Positions 1 to 9,840 of a stretch of 64,000 nucleotides of DNA are shown here, piece after piece. Within the stretch, counting starts at the first letter, position 1; every line of letters begins with the position of its first letter. Below the pieces are notes generated by a model. The model made no database searches. It was not told where the DNA came from and worked only from the letters and a program-made list of their open reading frames with translations. The position numbers were made by a program, and so were the translations under genes. The stretch is from an uncultured bacterium (GTDB lineage Bacteria; Patescibacteriota; Saccharimonadia; UBA4664; SCTI01), in NCBI GenBank assembly GCA_963721685.1, contig CAVRJJ010000005.1, positions 311,367 to 375,366 of the forward strand, in the 5' to 3' direction.

Positions 1-692
1 CCAGGCGCGGCGCGGTCTTTACGAAGCTGGCCAACGCGATTGCCCTAGCCACCAAAAAAGGCGGGGCTGATCCGGAAATGAACTTCTCGCTGCGGTTGGC
101 AATTCAAAAGGCCAAGGCCGCTAATATGCCGGCCGCTAATATTGAGCGTTCAATTAAGCGCGGTTCCGGCCAGTTAGGCGGCGACCAGATAGAAGAAATT
201 ACTTATGAAGGCTATGGCCCCGGCGGGGCAGCCCTTATTATTGAAACCGCGACCGATAACCGCAACCGCACCGGTCCGGAAGTACGGACAGCCCTCAGTA
301 AGAGCGGCGGGCGGCTAGCTGATGCCGGGTCGGTGGTGTACCAGTTCGACCAAAGGGGGATAATTCGTTTCGAACCAAAAGACTTGGAGGAGGCTACGCT
401 AGATGCGATTGAGGCGGGTGCCGATGACGTGGAGAGCGAAGACACTGAGCTGGTAGTTTACACCGTTCCAAAGCAACTCAATGCTGTCCAAACGAAGCTG
501 ACTGAGATGGGTTATAACATTAAATCGTCGGAACTGGCATACATTGCTAAAAATACCGTTTTAATTGAAGATGAAAAAACCGCGCAGCAACTTTTGAGGC
601 TCATGGACACTTTGGAAGAAATGGACGATGTTACCACTACTCATGCCAATTTTGATTTCTCGGACAAGCTATCAGAAAGCTTACGGGCGTGA
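1..692 (+). CDS. yebC: YebC/PmpR family DNA-binding regulatory protein (5' end lies upstream of window)
   Basis: The reading frame is open from base 3 (..RGAVFTKLANAIALATKKGGADPE..) and continues into the listed ORF 78..692. The protein has YebC-like conserved blocks (GYGPGGAALI, NRNRT). It is followed by ruvC, as in the conserved yebC-ruvCAB arrangement. Confidence 0.85.
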   Translation, partial: RRGAVFTKLANAIALATKKGGADPEMNFSLRLAIQKAKAANMPAANIERSIKRGSGQLGGDQIEEITYEGYGPGGAALIIETATDNRNRTGPEVRTALSKSGGRLADAGSVVYQFDQRGIIRFEPKDLEEATLDAIEAGADDVESEDTELVVYTVPKQLNAVQTKLTEMGYNIKSSELAYIAKNTVLIEDEKTAQQLLRLMDTLEEMDDVTTTHANFDFSDKLSESLRA

Positions 693-1171
693 AGATTCTG
701 GGCATTGATCCGGGTACGGCTACCACTGGTTTTGGGGTGATCGAAAAGCAGGGCGGCAAGGTCACTTTTATCGATGCCGGAGTGATTTTGACCCCTGCCG
801 ACCAACCAATGCCGGAGCGCCTTAGCGAAATTTATAACGGCCTGAATGAGCTGCTAGATGAGTATCGGCCTGATTGCATGGCGGTAGAACTGCTGTATTT
901 TGCCTCGAATGTGACTACCGCGATTACGGTTGGCCAAGCCCGGGGTGTGGTATTGCTGGCCGCTGCCGAGCACGCCGTTGCGGTGGCGGAATACACCCCG
1001 CTACAGGTCAAGCAGGCCATTACCGGTTATGGCCGGGCCACAAAAAAGCAGATGCAAGAAATGGTGAAAATGATGCTGGGCTTAAGCGGTATCCCCAAGC
1101 CGGATGACGCGGCTGATGGGTTGGCGATTGCTATTACCCATGCCAACCAGCTAGTTGGTGTGTCGCGATGA
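689..1171 (+). CDS. ruvC: Holliday junction resolvase RuvC
   Basis: The N-terminus MKILGIDPGTATTGFGVIE is the RuvC catalytic Asp motif. The protein is 160 aa and overlaps yebC and ruvA by 4 nt. Confidence 0.9.
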   Translation: MKILGIDPGTATTGFGVIEKQGGKVTFIDAGVILTPADQPMPERLSEIYNGLNELLDEYRPDCMAVELLYFASNVTTAITVGQARGVVLLAAAEHAVAVAEYTPLQVKQAITGYGRATKKQMQEMVKMMLGLSGIPKPDDAADGLAIAITHANQLVGVSR

Positions 1172-1746
1172 TCGCCCATTTGCGCGGAATTGTAATCGAA
1201 AAAACGGTGGGATCGGTAATTATTGAAGCTGGCGGCGTTGGTTATGAGGTGGTACTAGCAGCAGCCGACCATGGGAGGCTAGTGCAAGGTGAGGAGGCAA
1301 GCCTCTATATCTATGAGCAGATTCGGGAGGATGCCCATAACCTTTACGGCTTTAGCGATGTAGCAAGCAAGCATTTTTTCGAACAACTTTTAAGCATAAG
1401 CGGTATTGGGCCGAAGGTGGCTATTAATGTGCTTTCATCGGCGACATTAGATCAACTACAGTCGGCGATTGCCGGCGGGGATCCGGAAATTTTACGTGGT
1501 GTTGCCGGCATTGGCAAGAAAACGGCGGAGCGGATTGTGGTTGAACTTAAAAACAAGATGGACAGCTTGGGTATACTAGCCGGCAGTCAAGCTGGCACGG
1601 CGGTTAGCTCAACCGACACCGCCTACCAAGCGCTGATTGGGTTGGGTTATACTCCCAGCCAAGCGGCTGAGGCGTTGCGGGGTATCCCAGACGATATTGT
1701 GGGGGAGCAAGCCCGCGTAAAGGCGGCCCTCAAGCAACTTTCATAG
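1168..1746 (+). CDS. ruvA: Holliday junction branch migration protein RuvA
   Basis: It starts MIAHLRGIV.. and carries the GIGPKVA helix-hairpin-helix motif. The protein is 192 aa and sits between ruvC and ruvB. Confidence 0.9.
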   Translation: MIAHLRGIVIEKTVGSVIIEAGGVGYEVVLAAADHGRLVQGEEASLYIYEQIREDAHNLYGFSDVASKHFFEQLLSISGIGPKVAINVLSSATLDQLQSAIAGGDPEILRGVAGIGKKTAERIVVELKNKMDSLGILAGSQAGTAVSSTDTAYQALIGLGYTPSQAAEALRGIPDDIVGEQARVKAALKQLS

Positions 1747-1803
1747 GAACCGTTAGTTTCGTATTTTGTTCGCTTATTTCTAAGCACTTGATATAATACC
1801 CCT

Positions 1804-2832
1804 ATGATTGAACGCGTTACCGTTGCCGCCGAACCAACCGAAGATCCCATTGAGCTCCAGCTTGAAGAAACTCTCCGTCCGAAAAGCTTTGAGTCGTATG
1901 TAGGGCAACAGCTGCTAAAAGATACGTTGCAGATGTCGATCCAAGCGGCAGGAGCCCGTAGCGACGCGGTGGACCATATTTTGCTATACGGACCGCCTGG
2001 GCTTGGTAAAACCACTATGGCGGGGGTTATCGCGGCAGAGATGCGAAGTAGCCTGCGCGTTACTTCCGGTCCGGCAATTGAGCGGGCCGGAGACCTGGCC
2101 TCTATCCTGACTAACCTGGCGGATGGGGATATCTTATTTATTGATGAAATTCACCGGCTACCTAAAACAGTGGAAGAGGTTCTCTATCCCGCCATGGAAG
2201 ATTTTGGGATGGATATTATGCTTGGAAAGGGTCCAAGCGCTAAAAGCATGCGGCTGGATCTGCCTAGGTTCACTCTTATTGGCGCTACTACCCGTGTGGG
2301 CGCGTTGGGGGCGCCGTTTCGCGATCGTTTTGGGATGGTGCATCGCCTTGAATACTACACTCCTGAAGAAATGGTGCAGATTTTGCAGCGGTCAGCCCGT
2401 ATTTTAGGCATTAGCCTAGATGCCAAAGCGGCGGAGGAAATCGCGTTACGCTCCCGCTTAACCCCTCGGATTGGCAATCGTTTACTTAAGCGGGTGCGGG
2501 ATTTCGCGGAGGTCAAACATGACGGAAAGGTCAGCGCCGAGGTCGCGCGCCAAGCTCTGGAGATGCTTGAAATTGATGAGTTGGGGCTGGATACGGCCGA
2601 CCGAAAATTGCTGGCGGCCATAATTGATAATTACGGTGGGGGGCCGGTGGGCCTGCAGACATTGGCAGCCTTGTGCTCAGAGGAGCAAACTACCATTGAA
2701 GATGTATACGAACCTTATCTTATGCAAATCGGGATGCTTGATCGAACACCGCGGGGTCGGCGCGTTACCCCAAAAGCCTACCTCCATCTTGGCGTGGAGC
2801 CTCCGACGTCGGCTCAGGGTACTTTAGTGTGA
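1804..2832 (+). CDS. ruvB: Holliday junction branch migration ATPase RuvB
   Basis: Walker [10 protein letters not shown], Walker B DEIHRL, and the typical RuvB length of 342 aa. Confidence 0.95.
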   Translation: MIERVTVAAEPTEDPIELQLEETLRPKSFESYVGQQLLKDTLQMSIQAAGARSDAVDHILLYGPPGLGKTTMAGVIAAEMRSSLRVTSGPAIERAGDLASILTNLADGDILFIDEIHRLPKTVEEVLYPAMEDFGMDIMLGKGPSAKSMRLDLPRFTLIGATTRVGALGAPFRDRFGMVHRLEYYTPEEMVQILQRSARILGISLDAKAAEEIALRSRLTPRIGNRLLKRVRDFAEVKHDGKVSAEVARQALEMLEIDELGLDTADRKLLAAIIDNYGGGPVGLQTLAALCSEEQTTIEDVYEPYLMQIGMLDRTPRGRRVTPKAYLHLGVEPPTSAQGTLV

Positions 2833-2940
2833 AGGCCGCTGCCAAACTTGCTCCAGGCGTTTACCGGCAGGAGTTAACTGGAATTAATAAAGATATAGCT
2901 CGGTGCATTGAGCTGCAAGCAGGTATTAAAAAGCTGCTTA

Positions 2941-3243
2941 CTAAAGCGAAAATGGATTCTGCTTCCCGGGCCTAATGGGAATAGTGGTATCACCGGAGGA
3001 GTCCAGTTCCCGCAGTTGCTGAAGGGTATTTGAATAAGCTTTAAAGTTTGGCACCGCCAGGTCATTCTTATGGGTATTTATATAGGCTTGGTCTGGCTGG
3101 GCGCTATTAATTTGGCTAATCCGATAGCCCGTATAGGCGAACAAGCAACCTATAATCAGTAACACGATAAGCCGGTGGTACTGCTTGAACACCGCTAGGA
3201 GCTTGGCTGGGTTGAGGCTTTTAAATGAAATGCTTTGGTTCAT
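2941..3243 (-). CDS. small membrane-anchored protein at the distal end of the pilMNO operon (PilP-position protein, function unknown)
   Basis: A 100-aa ORF with an N-terminal transmembrane segment. It overlaps the pilO-like gene by 4 nt, so it is translationally coupled. Confidence 0.35.
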   Translation of the reverse strand: MNQSISFKSLNPAKLLAVFKQYHRLIVLLIIGCLFAYTGYRISQINSAQPDQAYINTHKNDLAVPNFKAYSNTLQQLRELDSSGDTTIPIRPGKQNPFSL

Positions 3244-3788
3244 GGCTTTATAAACACGTTAAGTACAATGCTGAATCCCAGTAGCCGACTTGATTCCGCA
3301 GGACTGATGCTAAGAGAATTCATGCTGCTGTAGCGGTCAAGTTTTTCCTGGCGCCGCAGAAAGTTTTGCAGTTGCTCGTAGGTTCCTTGTAGCTGAAAGG
3401 TGACTTGAAGGGCAAGCGCGTCACCCACCGGAGTGGTTTGGCTTAACGGGCCAGGCTGGCCGGAGGCGGGAAAGTCAATGTTATCAATGCGCATGTCGCT
3501 GGCAGTAGCGATGTTTTGAAGCTGCAAGGCTACTTTTGACTGGTTTTTCTCGGGGGGCAAAGCTTCATTAATAAGCGGCAAAAACGGCTCAAGCTGCTTA
3601 TATTCTTTCTGTAGCTTTGCCAGGCGCCGTAAGTTGTTATCGGCGGTTTCATTTTGAGCAAGACTTTGGGAGAAGGAGGTGACGCCTGAGGCAAGATACT
3701 GGCTGGTGACATAGTAACCAAAGCCGCCGCCTCCAATTAGAAGCAGCAATAAACCGCAAAGGACATAAAAAAGTCGTTGCGGGCTCAT
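3240..3788 (-). CDS. pilO: type IV pilus assembly protein PilO-like
   Basis: A 182-aa protein with an N-terminal TM helix followed by a coiled-coil-like region. It lies directly after the pilN-like gene with a 4-nt overlap. Confidence 0.55.
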   Translation of the reverse strand: MSPQRLFYVLCGLLLLLIGGGGFGYYVTSQYLASGVTSFSQSLAQNETADNNLRRLAKLQKEYKQLEPFLPLINEALPPEKNQSKVALQLQNIATASDMRIDNIDFPASGQPGPLSQTTPVGDALALQVTFQLQGTYEQLQNFLRRQEKLDRYSSMNSLSISPAESSRLLGFSIVLNVFIKP

Positions 3789-4324
3789 TTGGCGTCTCCC
3801 GGCTTAAAGGCGAAAACCACGACCACCGAATAGTTGTCCTGCTGACGCTTAATGTTCTCAATGTCCGCGGCGCTAATCCGAGGCGAGCGGGCAATACTGT
3901 CGCGGAAGCTAAGGGCGGTTTTGTAGTCAAGCGCGTTGACGGTAAGGCGGACCGGCTGTTTATCGTCTCCGGTTAAGACTATATTTGAGATTGCCGTTCC
4001 TTGGGGCATATATTCAGCCAAATCAGCCAGTAAGACCGAAAATTTCGCCTGATTTTTTTGGATCCCGTTAATCGCTGCCAACCGGCTTCCAGCCGCTTTG
4101 GCTTTTTGCTGAAGATCTTTATATGAGGCGACCTGCTTGTGCTTGACGGTAAGTTCGGCTTCGACCCGTTTGATATCTTCATGTAAGAAGTAGGAAGCGC
4201 CAAGCAAGCTGCCCGCTAATCCGGCCGTTAAAAAGAGGACGAGCCAAAAATAACCAAGTAGCGATCGGTTATAGCGAGAATAAGAAATTTGTTTTTTTAT
4301 TTCGGGTGGAAGGAGGTTGATCAT
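3785..4324 (-). CDS. pilN: type IV pilus assembly protein PilN-like
   Basis: It starts MINLLPPEI.., the typical PilN N-terminus, followed by a TM helix. It overlaps pilM by 4 nt. Confidence 0.65.
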   Translation of the reverse strand: MINLLPPEIKKQISYSRYNRSLLGYFWLVLFLTAGLAGSLLGASYFLHEDIKRVEAELTVKHKQVASYKDLQQKAKAAGSRLAAINGIQKNQAKFSVLLADLAEYMPQGTAISNIVLTGDDKQPVRLTVNALDYKTALSFRDSIARSPRISAADIENIKRQQDNYSVVVVFAFKPGDAK

Positions 4325-5379
4325 AGCAGGCCTCGCAAAGCTAACCCAATGGCTGTCGCGTACATCGGCGTTTCCTGGGGATGGTTTTCTTTCTTAATCT
4401 CAAGGTTTTTCCAGGGGTCTCCAACGGTTAGGGGCAGCCCGACTTGCTCGCTCAAGTATTGGTCTAACCCCGGCATTTGGGCGGTTCCGCCCGAGAGCAC
4501 CAGGGAAGCGACCTTCTTGGTTTCTTCGTGGCGGCTTTCGTAGAATTTTATAACCCGTTTTATTTCTTTCACTAATGTTTGGAGCTGAGGTTCTAGCGCG
4601 GGAAAAACCTTATCGTGCATTCCGCTGGGGGTTAGGCCAAATTTCTCTTTAATTTCATTGGCTTCCGCGACCTTAATCCCCAAGCTTGATACCAGCGCGT
4701 CGGTATAATGTTGCCCTCCCACAGGAACGCTGCCGGTAAGGGGAATAAAGGTGTCGTAAATGGTTAGGTCGGATGATAGGGAGCCAATATCGACTACCAG
4801 CGTACTACCCCCGGCATCCCCAGAGTGTAAGAGGGCCCGGATTACCGCTGCCATTCCCGCCTCCATAGCTCCCACCTCTATACCAAGTTCATCGAATAAC
4901 TTGAGATACGAATCCACGATGGCACGAGGCGCGGCCATCATTAATACATCCATGTGGGGATCATTGCCCGAAGTCGTATTAACTACCTCGTGGTCGATAT
5001 AGAGATCGTTAACGGGGACCGGCACATATTGCTCAACCTCGTAGCTTATGGCCTGTTCTAAGTCACTTCCGTTCATGGGGGGGAGCTCAAGCGTGCGGGT
5101 AAAAAGCTTGGTTGCCGGCAGCCCGGTTACTACTCGGTTAGAAGTGAGTTTTCCATAGGTTAAATTGCGCAACAAAGGTTTTATTACTTTAGCCATAGCA
5201 ACAGGGTCAGCGATGATACCCTCCACCACTGATTCGGGTGGAAAGAACGCGGATCCGTAGCCTTGGACGACCGTTTTGCGGCCGGCTTTGCGTAACTGGA
5301 CTATTTTGACATTGTGGGTACCAATATCAAAACCATACTGTAGCTTGTCTTTATAAATTAGGGGAACGCGCACACTCAC
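4321..5379 (-). CDS. pilM: type IV pilus assembly ATPase-like protein PilM (actin-like fold)
   Basis: A 352-aa protein with actin/FtsA-like motifs (FDIGTHNVKIV, VVDIGSLSSDLTIY). Confidence 0.85.
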   Translation of the reverse strand: MSVRVPLIYKDKLQYGFDIGTHNVKIVQLRKAGRKTVVQGYGSAFFPPESVVEGIIADPVAMAKVIKPLLRNLTYGKLTSNRVVTGLPATKLFTRTLELPPMNGSDLEQAISYEVEQYVPVPVNDLYIDHEVVNTTSGNDPHMDVLMMAAPRAIVDSYLKLFDELGIEVGAMEAGMAAVIRALLHSGDAGGSTLVVDIGSLSSDLTIYDTFIPLTGSVPVGGQHYTDALVSSLGIKVAEANEIKEKFGLTPSGMHDKVFPALEPQLQTLVKEIKRVIKFYESRHEETKKVASLVLSGGTAQMPGLDQYLSEQVGLPLTVGDPWKNLEIKKENHPQETPMYATAIGLALRGLL

Positions 5380-5434
5380 CTCATTAAAGCATTACCATTT
5401 TAATTATAGCAAACCTATCAGTAAGAGACGAGCG

Positions 5435-6859
5435 TCAATTAAACAACCTCTCGTAATAGCGGACATCCCAGCCACTAGGAGTGCTGGACGTGGTGCTGGA
5501 AAATTGAATGTTCCCGTTATTATTAAGCTCAATGGTCTGCCCAATCAGCTGCCCCACGGTGGCATTGTTAGAAAGCCTGAGTTTCGTCCACCGGGAGTAA
5601 AATAGTATGTTGGCCGCTCCGCTGACATTATTGGCTAAATTAATGGTAGTAATATCTTTAGAGTTGGCTAGCGCGGTTCCCGTAACATTACTGCAACCGG
5701 GCCTGCAGCTAGTGTCTGCCGACCAGAATGTATACATATTAAAGCCAATATTATTACTATTGGCGGTAATAAAGCTGTTATTTCCGCTCGTAAAGCCAGT
5801 CGAGCCGTCAATAATTAATTTTACCGGCGCCCCCACGGCGTTACCCGGCTTAAGGGTGTTGTTATTGCCCAGAGTTAAGTTGCCGTCCAGCCAGACATCG
5901 CCGTCTAGGTAAATGGTGCAGTTGTTTGATCCGTTTAAGGTCGTTGTGCTGGCACCCGTGTAGTGACCCGACAGGTGCATTACCCCGCCGCTGCAGGATT
6001 GGGACGCCATAGAGCCCGCATTGGGTATGCCACTGGTTAAGGCGCCGTGATCGGCTGGGGGGAGGTTTATCGGAGGGACGATGTGATCTACGACACCCGT
6101 ATGGGTAAAATTCCCCGGCTTATCCACGTTATTAAGGGGGTGCGTTTCACCATATATATGCGAATTGGTGTCGGTTGTCACACTATTGCCCGAGCTGCAT
6201 GCCAGTGGGTAGGTGCTGTTGGCTGGAGAAGGGCAGGTCATATCGGCAACGTAGGTGTCCACAGGGGTGGCTATACTACCGATTACAGCGTTGTTTCCCA
6301 TAATAAGCTTGCCGCCAACATAAATAGGTCCGGCCGTAATGCGTACGTTATTGCCTAGCACCAGCCCTCCCGGCCCGGCCATGATCGTAAAGTCCGGAGG
6401 AAAAGCCTGATTAATAATCAGCCGAACTTTACGGGTTGAGATTGGTGAGGGAGCGGTTGCCGGAAGATAAACTTTACCCGTAGCGTATACCACTTTCTCG
6501 TTTTGAATAGAACCGTCTGTTACGCAAGATTCATAGGTGATCTTTCCTTGAGTTGAATTATCAACAAGCGTGAGAGGATTTATGGTGTGTCCCGTGCATG
6601 AGTTGCTCGTGCCTGCTGGGGCAGTAGTGGTGCCTTGATAGGCAGTATTAATATTAATATTATTCATAAAGGCATCGGCTCCCGCTTCGGCCGCGTTCAG
6701 CGCACTAGCGTTGGCGAGGGTGCGTCGCGTGCTGGTGTAATGGGACAGGGCAAATTCCGCCACCGCCAAGGAAGTTACGATAAAAAAGGAAGTAAATATC
6801 ATTGCTCCAACTAAAACCACGCCCGATTCCGAATGAAGATGGCGAGCAAATTTTTTCAT
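5435..6859 (-). CDS. PilX-like large pilus-associated minor pilin / tip protein
   Basis: The N-terminus has a hydrophobic segment followed by ..ALNAAEAGADAF.., matching the PilX N-terminal domain pattern. The 474-aa body is Gly/Asn/Thr-rich. It overlaps the upstream minor pilin gene. Confidence 0.55.
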   Translation of the reverse strand: MKKFARHLHSESGVVLVGAMIFTSFFIVTSLAVAEFALSHYTSTRRTLANASALNAAEAGADAFMNNININTAYQGTTTAPAGTSNSCTGHTINPLTLVDNSTQGKITYESCVTDGSIQNEKVVYATGKVYLPATAPSPISTRKVRLIINQAFPPDFTIMAGPGGLVLGNNVRITAGPIYVGGKLIMGNNAVIGSIATPVDTYVADMTCPSPANSTYPLACSSGNSVTTDTNSHIYGETHPLNNVDKPGNFTHTGVVDHIVPPINLPPADHGALTSGIPNAGSMASQSCSGGVMHLSGHYTGASTTTLNGSNNCTIYLDGDVWLDGNLTLGNNNTLKPGNAVGAPVKLIIDGSTGFTSGNNSFITANSNNIGFNMYTFWSADTSCRPGCSNVTGTALANSKDITTINLANNVSGAANILFYSRWTKLRLSNNATVGQLIGQTIELNNNGNIQFSSTTSSTPSGWDVRYYERLFN

Positions 6860-7533
6860 GGCTTATTTCTCAACGTTACTCGTGAATTTAAGCTATTGGA
6901 GTACGCGTGACCAAACTTTGAACGGGTTTGCGAAATAGTGACATCCAGGGAATAAACGTTAGCCACGGTGCTGGTAGAGACATTTTCAGAATCGAAATAA
7001 GATATAACCATGTTTGCAATATCTTCAATTACTTGGCCATCTGGCGGACACGTCGATGTGCCTGGAGGCGGGCAGGTAGAACGGGCGGTATTGCCCGCTA
7101 CGGGATTAGCAATTACGCGGCGGTAAAGAAGATTTTTAGCCCCATCAACATAATAAATAACGTCATTGGTGTGAATACCGCTATGGGACGGATTGACATA
7201 AATCAGGTTGCCGCTACTATCGACTGCCGGAACGGCCAAGACTAGGGTAGACGGCGAGCTGTTGCTTGATGACCATCCATACGGATTGCCACCTGGCCCG
7301 TGTAGATCGGGCCACTGGTTGGTTGTCTCAATCATTCTAGCTGACTGAATATCGCGCCTCAGACTTTCCAGAGCTTGCTTGGTATTGCTCTGAAGAATGG
7401 TTAATGAATCCGTGCGAGCATAATCAACTAGTCTATCAATATAAAATTGGGACACTACCAAGGCCAGTACTCCCATAACTGACATAGTTATCAAGAGCTC
7501 TAATAAGGTAAGCCCGCGCTGATCTTTTTTCAT
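6856..7533 (-). CDS. prepilin-type minor pilin (PilW-like)
   Basis: MKKDQRGLTLLELLITMSVMGVLALV is a class III signal with the G|LTLLE cleavage/methylation motif. Confidence 0.6.
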   Translation of the reverse strand: MKKDQRGLTLLELLITMSVMGVLALVVSQFYIDRLVDYARTDSLTILQSNTKQALESLRRDIQSARMIETTNQWPDLHGPGGNPYGWSSSNSSPSTLVLAVPAVDSSGNLIYVNPSHSGIHTNDVIYYVDGAKNLLYRRVIANPVAGNTARSTCPPPGTSTCPPDGQVIEDIANMVISYFDSENVSTSTVANVYSLDVTISQTRSKFGHAYSNSLNSRVTLRNKP

Positions 7534-7982
7534 CGGTTGATACCGCGTTGAGCCATATAGGTTGAAACCTGAACCTTTTTTGTTTTCTTGTCATCGGTGT
7601 AGGAAATCATAACATCAACTTGCTTTAATCCGGCTTGCGGCGATGATATGTTGGCTACGGCCGACTTAGGCGAGCCAAGGCTAGCGGGCAAGGAGGCGGT
7701 AAAGGTTTCCGCCGGCGTACCCAGGGGGAGTGCATTAAAGCCCGCATCTCGATAAATTTCAAGTTTTTTTTCAGCTAGGGCGGTTGCGACTGCCAGGTTG
7801 CGCGCTTGTTTGTTTAACTTTCCGGTAAAAATAAATATATTAATAATGGCAACTAAGGTTATGCTGATGAAAACAGCGGTTACTACTAGCTCAACCAGCG
7901 TAAAACCATCACTCGACTTTAAGTTTTTTACAACGTCTTTAGGCATTAGCTTTATTATAGCGTAAGCGGTTTTTTTGATCAT
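7530..7982 (-). CDS. prepilin-type minor pilin (PilV-like)
   Basis: ..SSDGFTLVELVVTAVFISITLVAII is a prepilin N-terminal motif (G|FTLVE). The protein is 150 aa. Confidence 0.6.
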   Translation of the reverse strand: MIKKTAYAIIKLMPKDVVKNLKSSDGFTLVELVVTAVFISITLVAIINIFIFTGKLNKQARNLAVATALAEKKLEIYRDAGFNALPLGTPAETFTASLPASLGSPKSAVANISSPQAGLKQVDVMISYTDDKKTKKVQVSTYMAQRGINR

Positions 7983-7995
7983 GATTGTCTCGTAT

Positions 7996-8031
7996 TAAAA
8001 AGCCGCTGCCGTTACCGGTCAGCGGCTTTTT
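7996..8031. terminator. Rho-independent terminator hairpin between the major pilin and minor pilin genes
   Basis: AAAAAGCCGCTG-(11 nt loop)-CAGCGGCTTTTT is a 7-bp GC stem flanked by an A-run and a T-run. It is symmetric and could act on either strand. Confidence 0.6.
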
Positions 8032-8050
8032 AGCTAGGTTAGACTATTAG

Positions 8051-8512
8051 TTAATTTGCTGAGTTGAGTGTGTAGACACCAGCTGTAGCCTGGCTGTCCT
8101 TGGCATTTTCAAGCGTAGCCCTGAGCGTATAGCTTATACAAGCGCCATCACCACAACCCGTTGGGGAGGTTTCGTATGTGTAGTTCTGACCACCTTTAGG
8201 GTCGTTAGGCACAGACTTGGCGTAAGGCGTGCCTCCTGACGTGAGAACCGTGCCCAAACAGCCAGCTACACTTGGTGTACACGTTGTAGCGCCCGCGGTG
8301 GGATAGCTGTTGTTATCGTTGTAGTACAACTCAAGCGCTGTTTGAATCTTGTGGAGATCACCCTTACGCTGTGAGTCGCGCGCGCGTTGCGGACCGCTAA
8401 TTAAGTTCGGGATGATTAGTACGGCTAGAATACCAATGATCACGATAACGATCAAAAGCTCAAGTAGCGTAAAACCACCTTGTTTCTTTAATAATTTCAT
8501 GTGAGTGCTCAC
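8051..8512 (-). CDS. pilA: type IV major pilin (PilA-like)
   Basis: ..KKQGG|FTLLELLIVIVIIGILAVLIIP is a canonical type IVa prepilin leader followed by the F/E+5 hydrophobic helix. The protein is 153 aa with C-terminal Cys residues. An AGGAGG RBS and a downstream terminator are present. Confidence 0.8.
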   Translation of the reverse strand: MSTHMKLLKKQGGFTLLELLIVIVIIGILAVLIIPNLISGPQRARDSQRKGDLHKIQTALELYYNDNNSYPTAGATTCTPSVAGCLGTVLTSGGTPYAKSVPNDPKGGQNYTYETSPTGCGDGACISYTLRATLENAKDSQATAGVYTLNSAN

Positions 8513-8568
8513 CTCCTAATTTTTTTTCTTATTATGGTACTAAACAAAGCATAAGCTCTATTGACCTA

Positions 8569-8599
8569 ATTGTAAAATTTTTATGTTGTGCGTGTCAAG
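8569..8599 (-). promoter_or_regulatory. putative sigma70-type promoter for the major pilin gene
   Basis: On the minus strand there is a TTGACA -35 box, then an 18-19 nt spacer, then TACAAT. The spacer length is non-ideal. Confidence 0.3.
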
Positions 8600-8618
8600 G
8601 ATTTTTGCATTAGACAGC

Positions 8619-9839
8619 TTAAATGGCTTGATTCAATGACGCCAGCGGCCCGAACACTCCAATGACGATAAACCCGACAATACCCCCCAATGAGACGATG
8701 AGAATTGGCTCAATTACCGAGGTGATTCCGGCAACCACCGTGTCTACCTCACGTTCATAGAAGCTTGCCAATTTGAGTAAAATTTCATCAAGTTTTCCGG
8801 TTTCCTCACCAACCGCAACCATTTGGCCGACGATAGGAGGAAAGGCAGCGAGCGCGTTAAGCGGCTCGGCTATCGGTTTACCGGCCTTAACCTGCCTGGC
8901 AACTTCGTGCAAGCCATTGCGAAAAACCGTATTGTTTAAACCGTCGGCACTGGTATTAAGCGCTTCGAGCACCGAGAGCCCTGAAGCCATCAGCGAGCCA
9001 AAAGTTCGCGCAAACCGGGCGACATTGACCTTAATGATGATTGGCCCAAGTATGGGCAATCGAATAAGCAGTTTATCAATCATGGCTTTGCCGCGGGCGG
9101 TGCGCTTAAAACGAAACGCAACTATGCCCAGCACTACAAGCCCAGCGAGTATAAAAATCCCATAGTTTACCAGGCCGCTGCTAATAGCCAGCATGAGCTT
9201 GCTATACCATGGCAGTTCTGCCCCCATGCTTTCAAAAATTACCGACATCCGGGGCACTAAATAAGTCATAAGAAAAACAAACGAACCCAATGTAACCGTA
9301 AGTAATATCCCGGGATAAATCATGGCGCTGCGAACCTTGGCAACTACCGCGGCGTCTTTTTCCTGCTGGACGGCCAAGCGCTCAAGTACTCCGTCAAGCA
9401 TGCCTCCAGCTTCACCAGCTTTAATCATATTGATGTATACTGCGGAAAAAACATCCGTGTGTGCCGCCAGCGCGTCGCTTAGGGTTGAGCCGCCTTCAAC
9501 TTGTTTTGTAATATCAGAGATAACTGATTGAAAATGCTTATTAGCGGTTTGGCCGCTTAGCATAGTAAGTGATTGGGTTAACGGAACACCGGCGTTGATC
9601 ATGGTGGCAAACTGCCGCGAGAATATTACCTTCTCCTCAAGTTTTACGCGGCCGCCAAACTTAAATTTCCCTAAACTTAGGCCTTTACCGCCGGCCTTGG
9701 CAAATTCGATTTTAATGAGTATTGGCACCAACTCCCGATCGAGGAGGCTTGCCGCCGCCGCGGCTTGGTCGTTGGCAACTAAACTGCCTTTTTGAATGGT
9801 CCCACTATGATCGCGCGCGGTATAGGTAAAAGTTGCCAT
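8619..9839 (-). CDS. pilC: type IV pilus assembly platform protein PilC (GspF family)
   Basis: A polytopic membrane protein with duplicated GspF domains. The start is reassigned to the internal MATFTYTARDHSG, the typical PilC N-terminus, at 9839. The listed longer ORF 8619..9980 would overlap pilB. Confidence 0.85.
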   Translation of the reverse strand: MATFTYTARDHSGTIQKGSLVANDQAAAAASLLDRELVPILIKIEFAKAGGKGLSLGKFKFGGRVKLEEKVIFSRQFATMINAGVPLTQSLTMLSGQTANKHFQSVISDITKQVEGGSTLSDALAAHTDVFSAVYINMIKAGEAGGMLDGVLERLAVQQEKDAAVVAKVRSAMIYPGILLTVTLGSFVFLMTYLVPRMSVIFESMGAELPWYSKLMLAISSGLVNYGIFILAGLVVLGIVAFRFKRTARGKAMIDKLLIRLPILGPIIIKVNVARFARTFGSLMASGLSVLEALNTSADGLNNTVFRNGLHEVARQVKAGKPIAEPLNALAAFPPIVGQMVAVGEETGKLDEILLKLASFYEREVDTVVAGITSVIEPILIVSLGGIVGFIVIGVFGPLASLNQAI

Positions 9840-9840
9840 C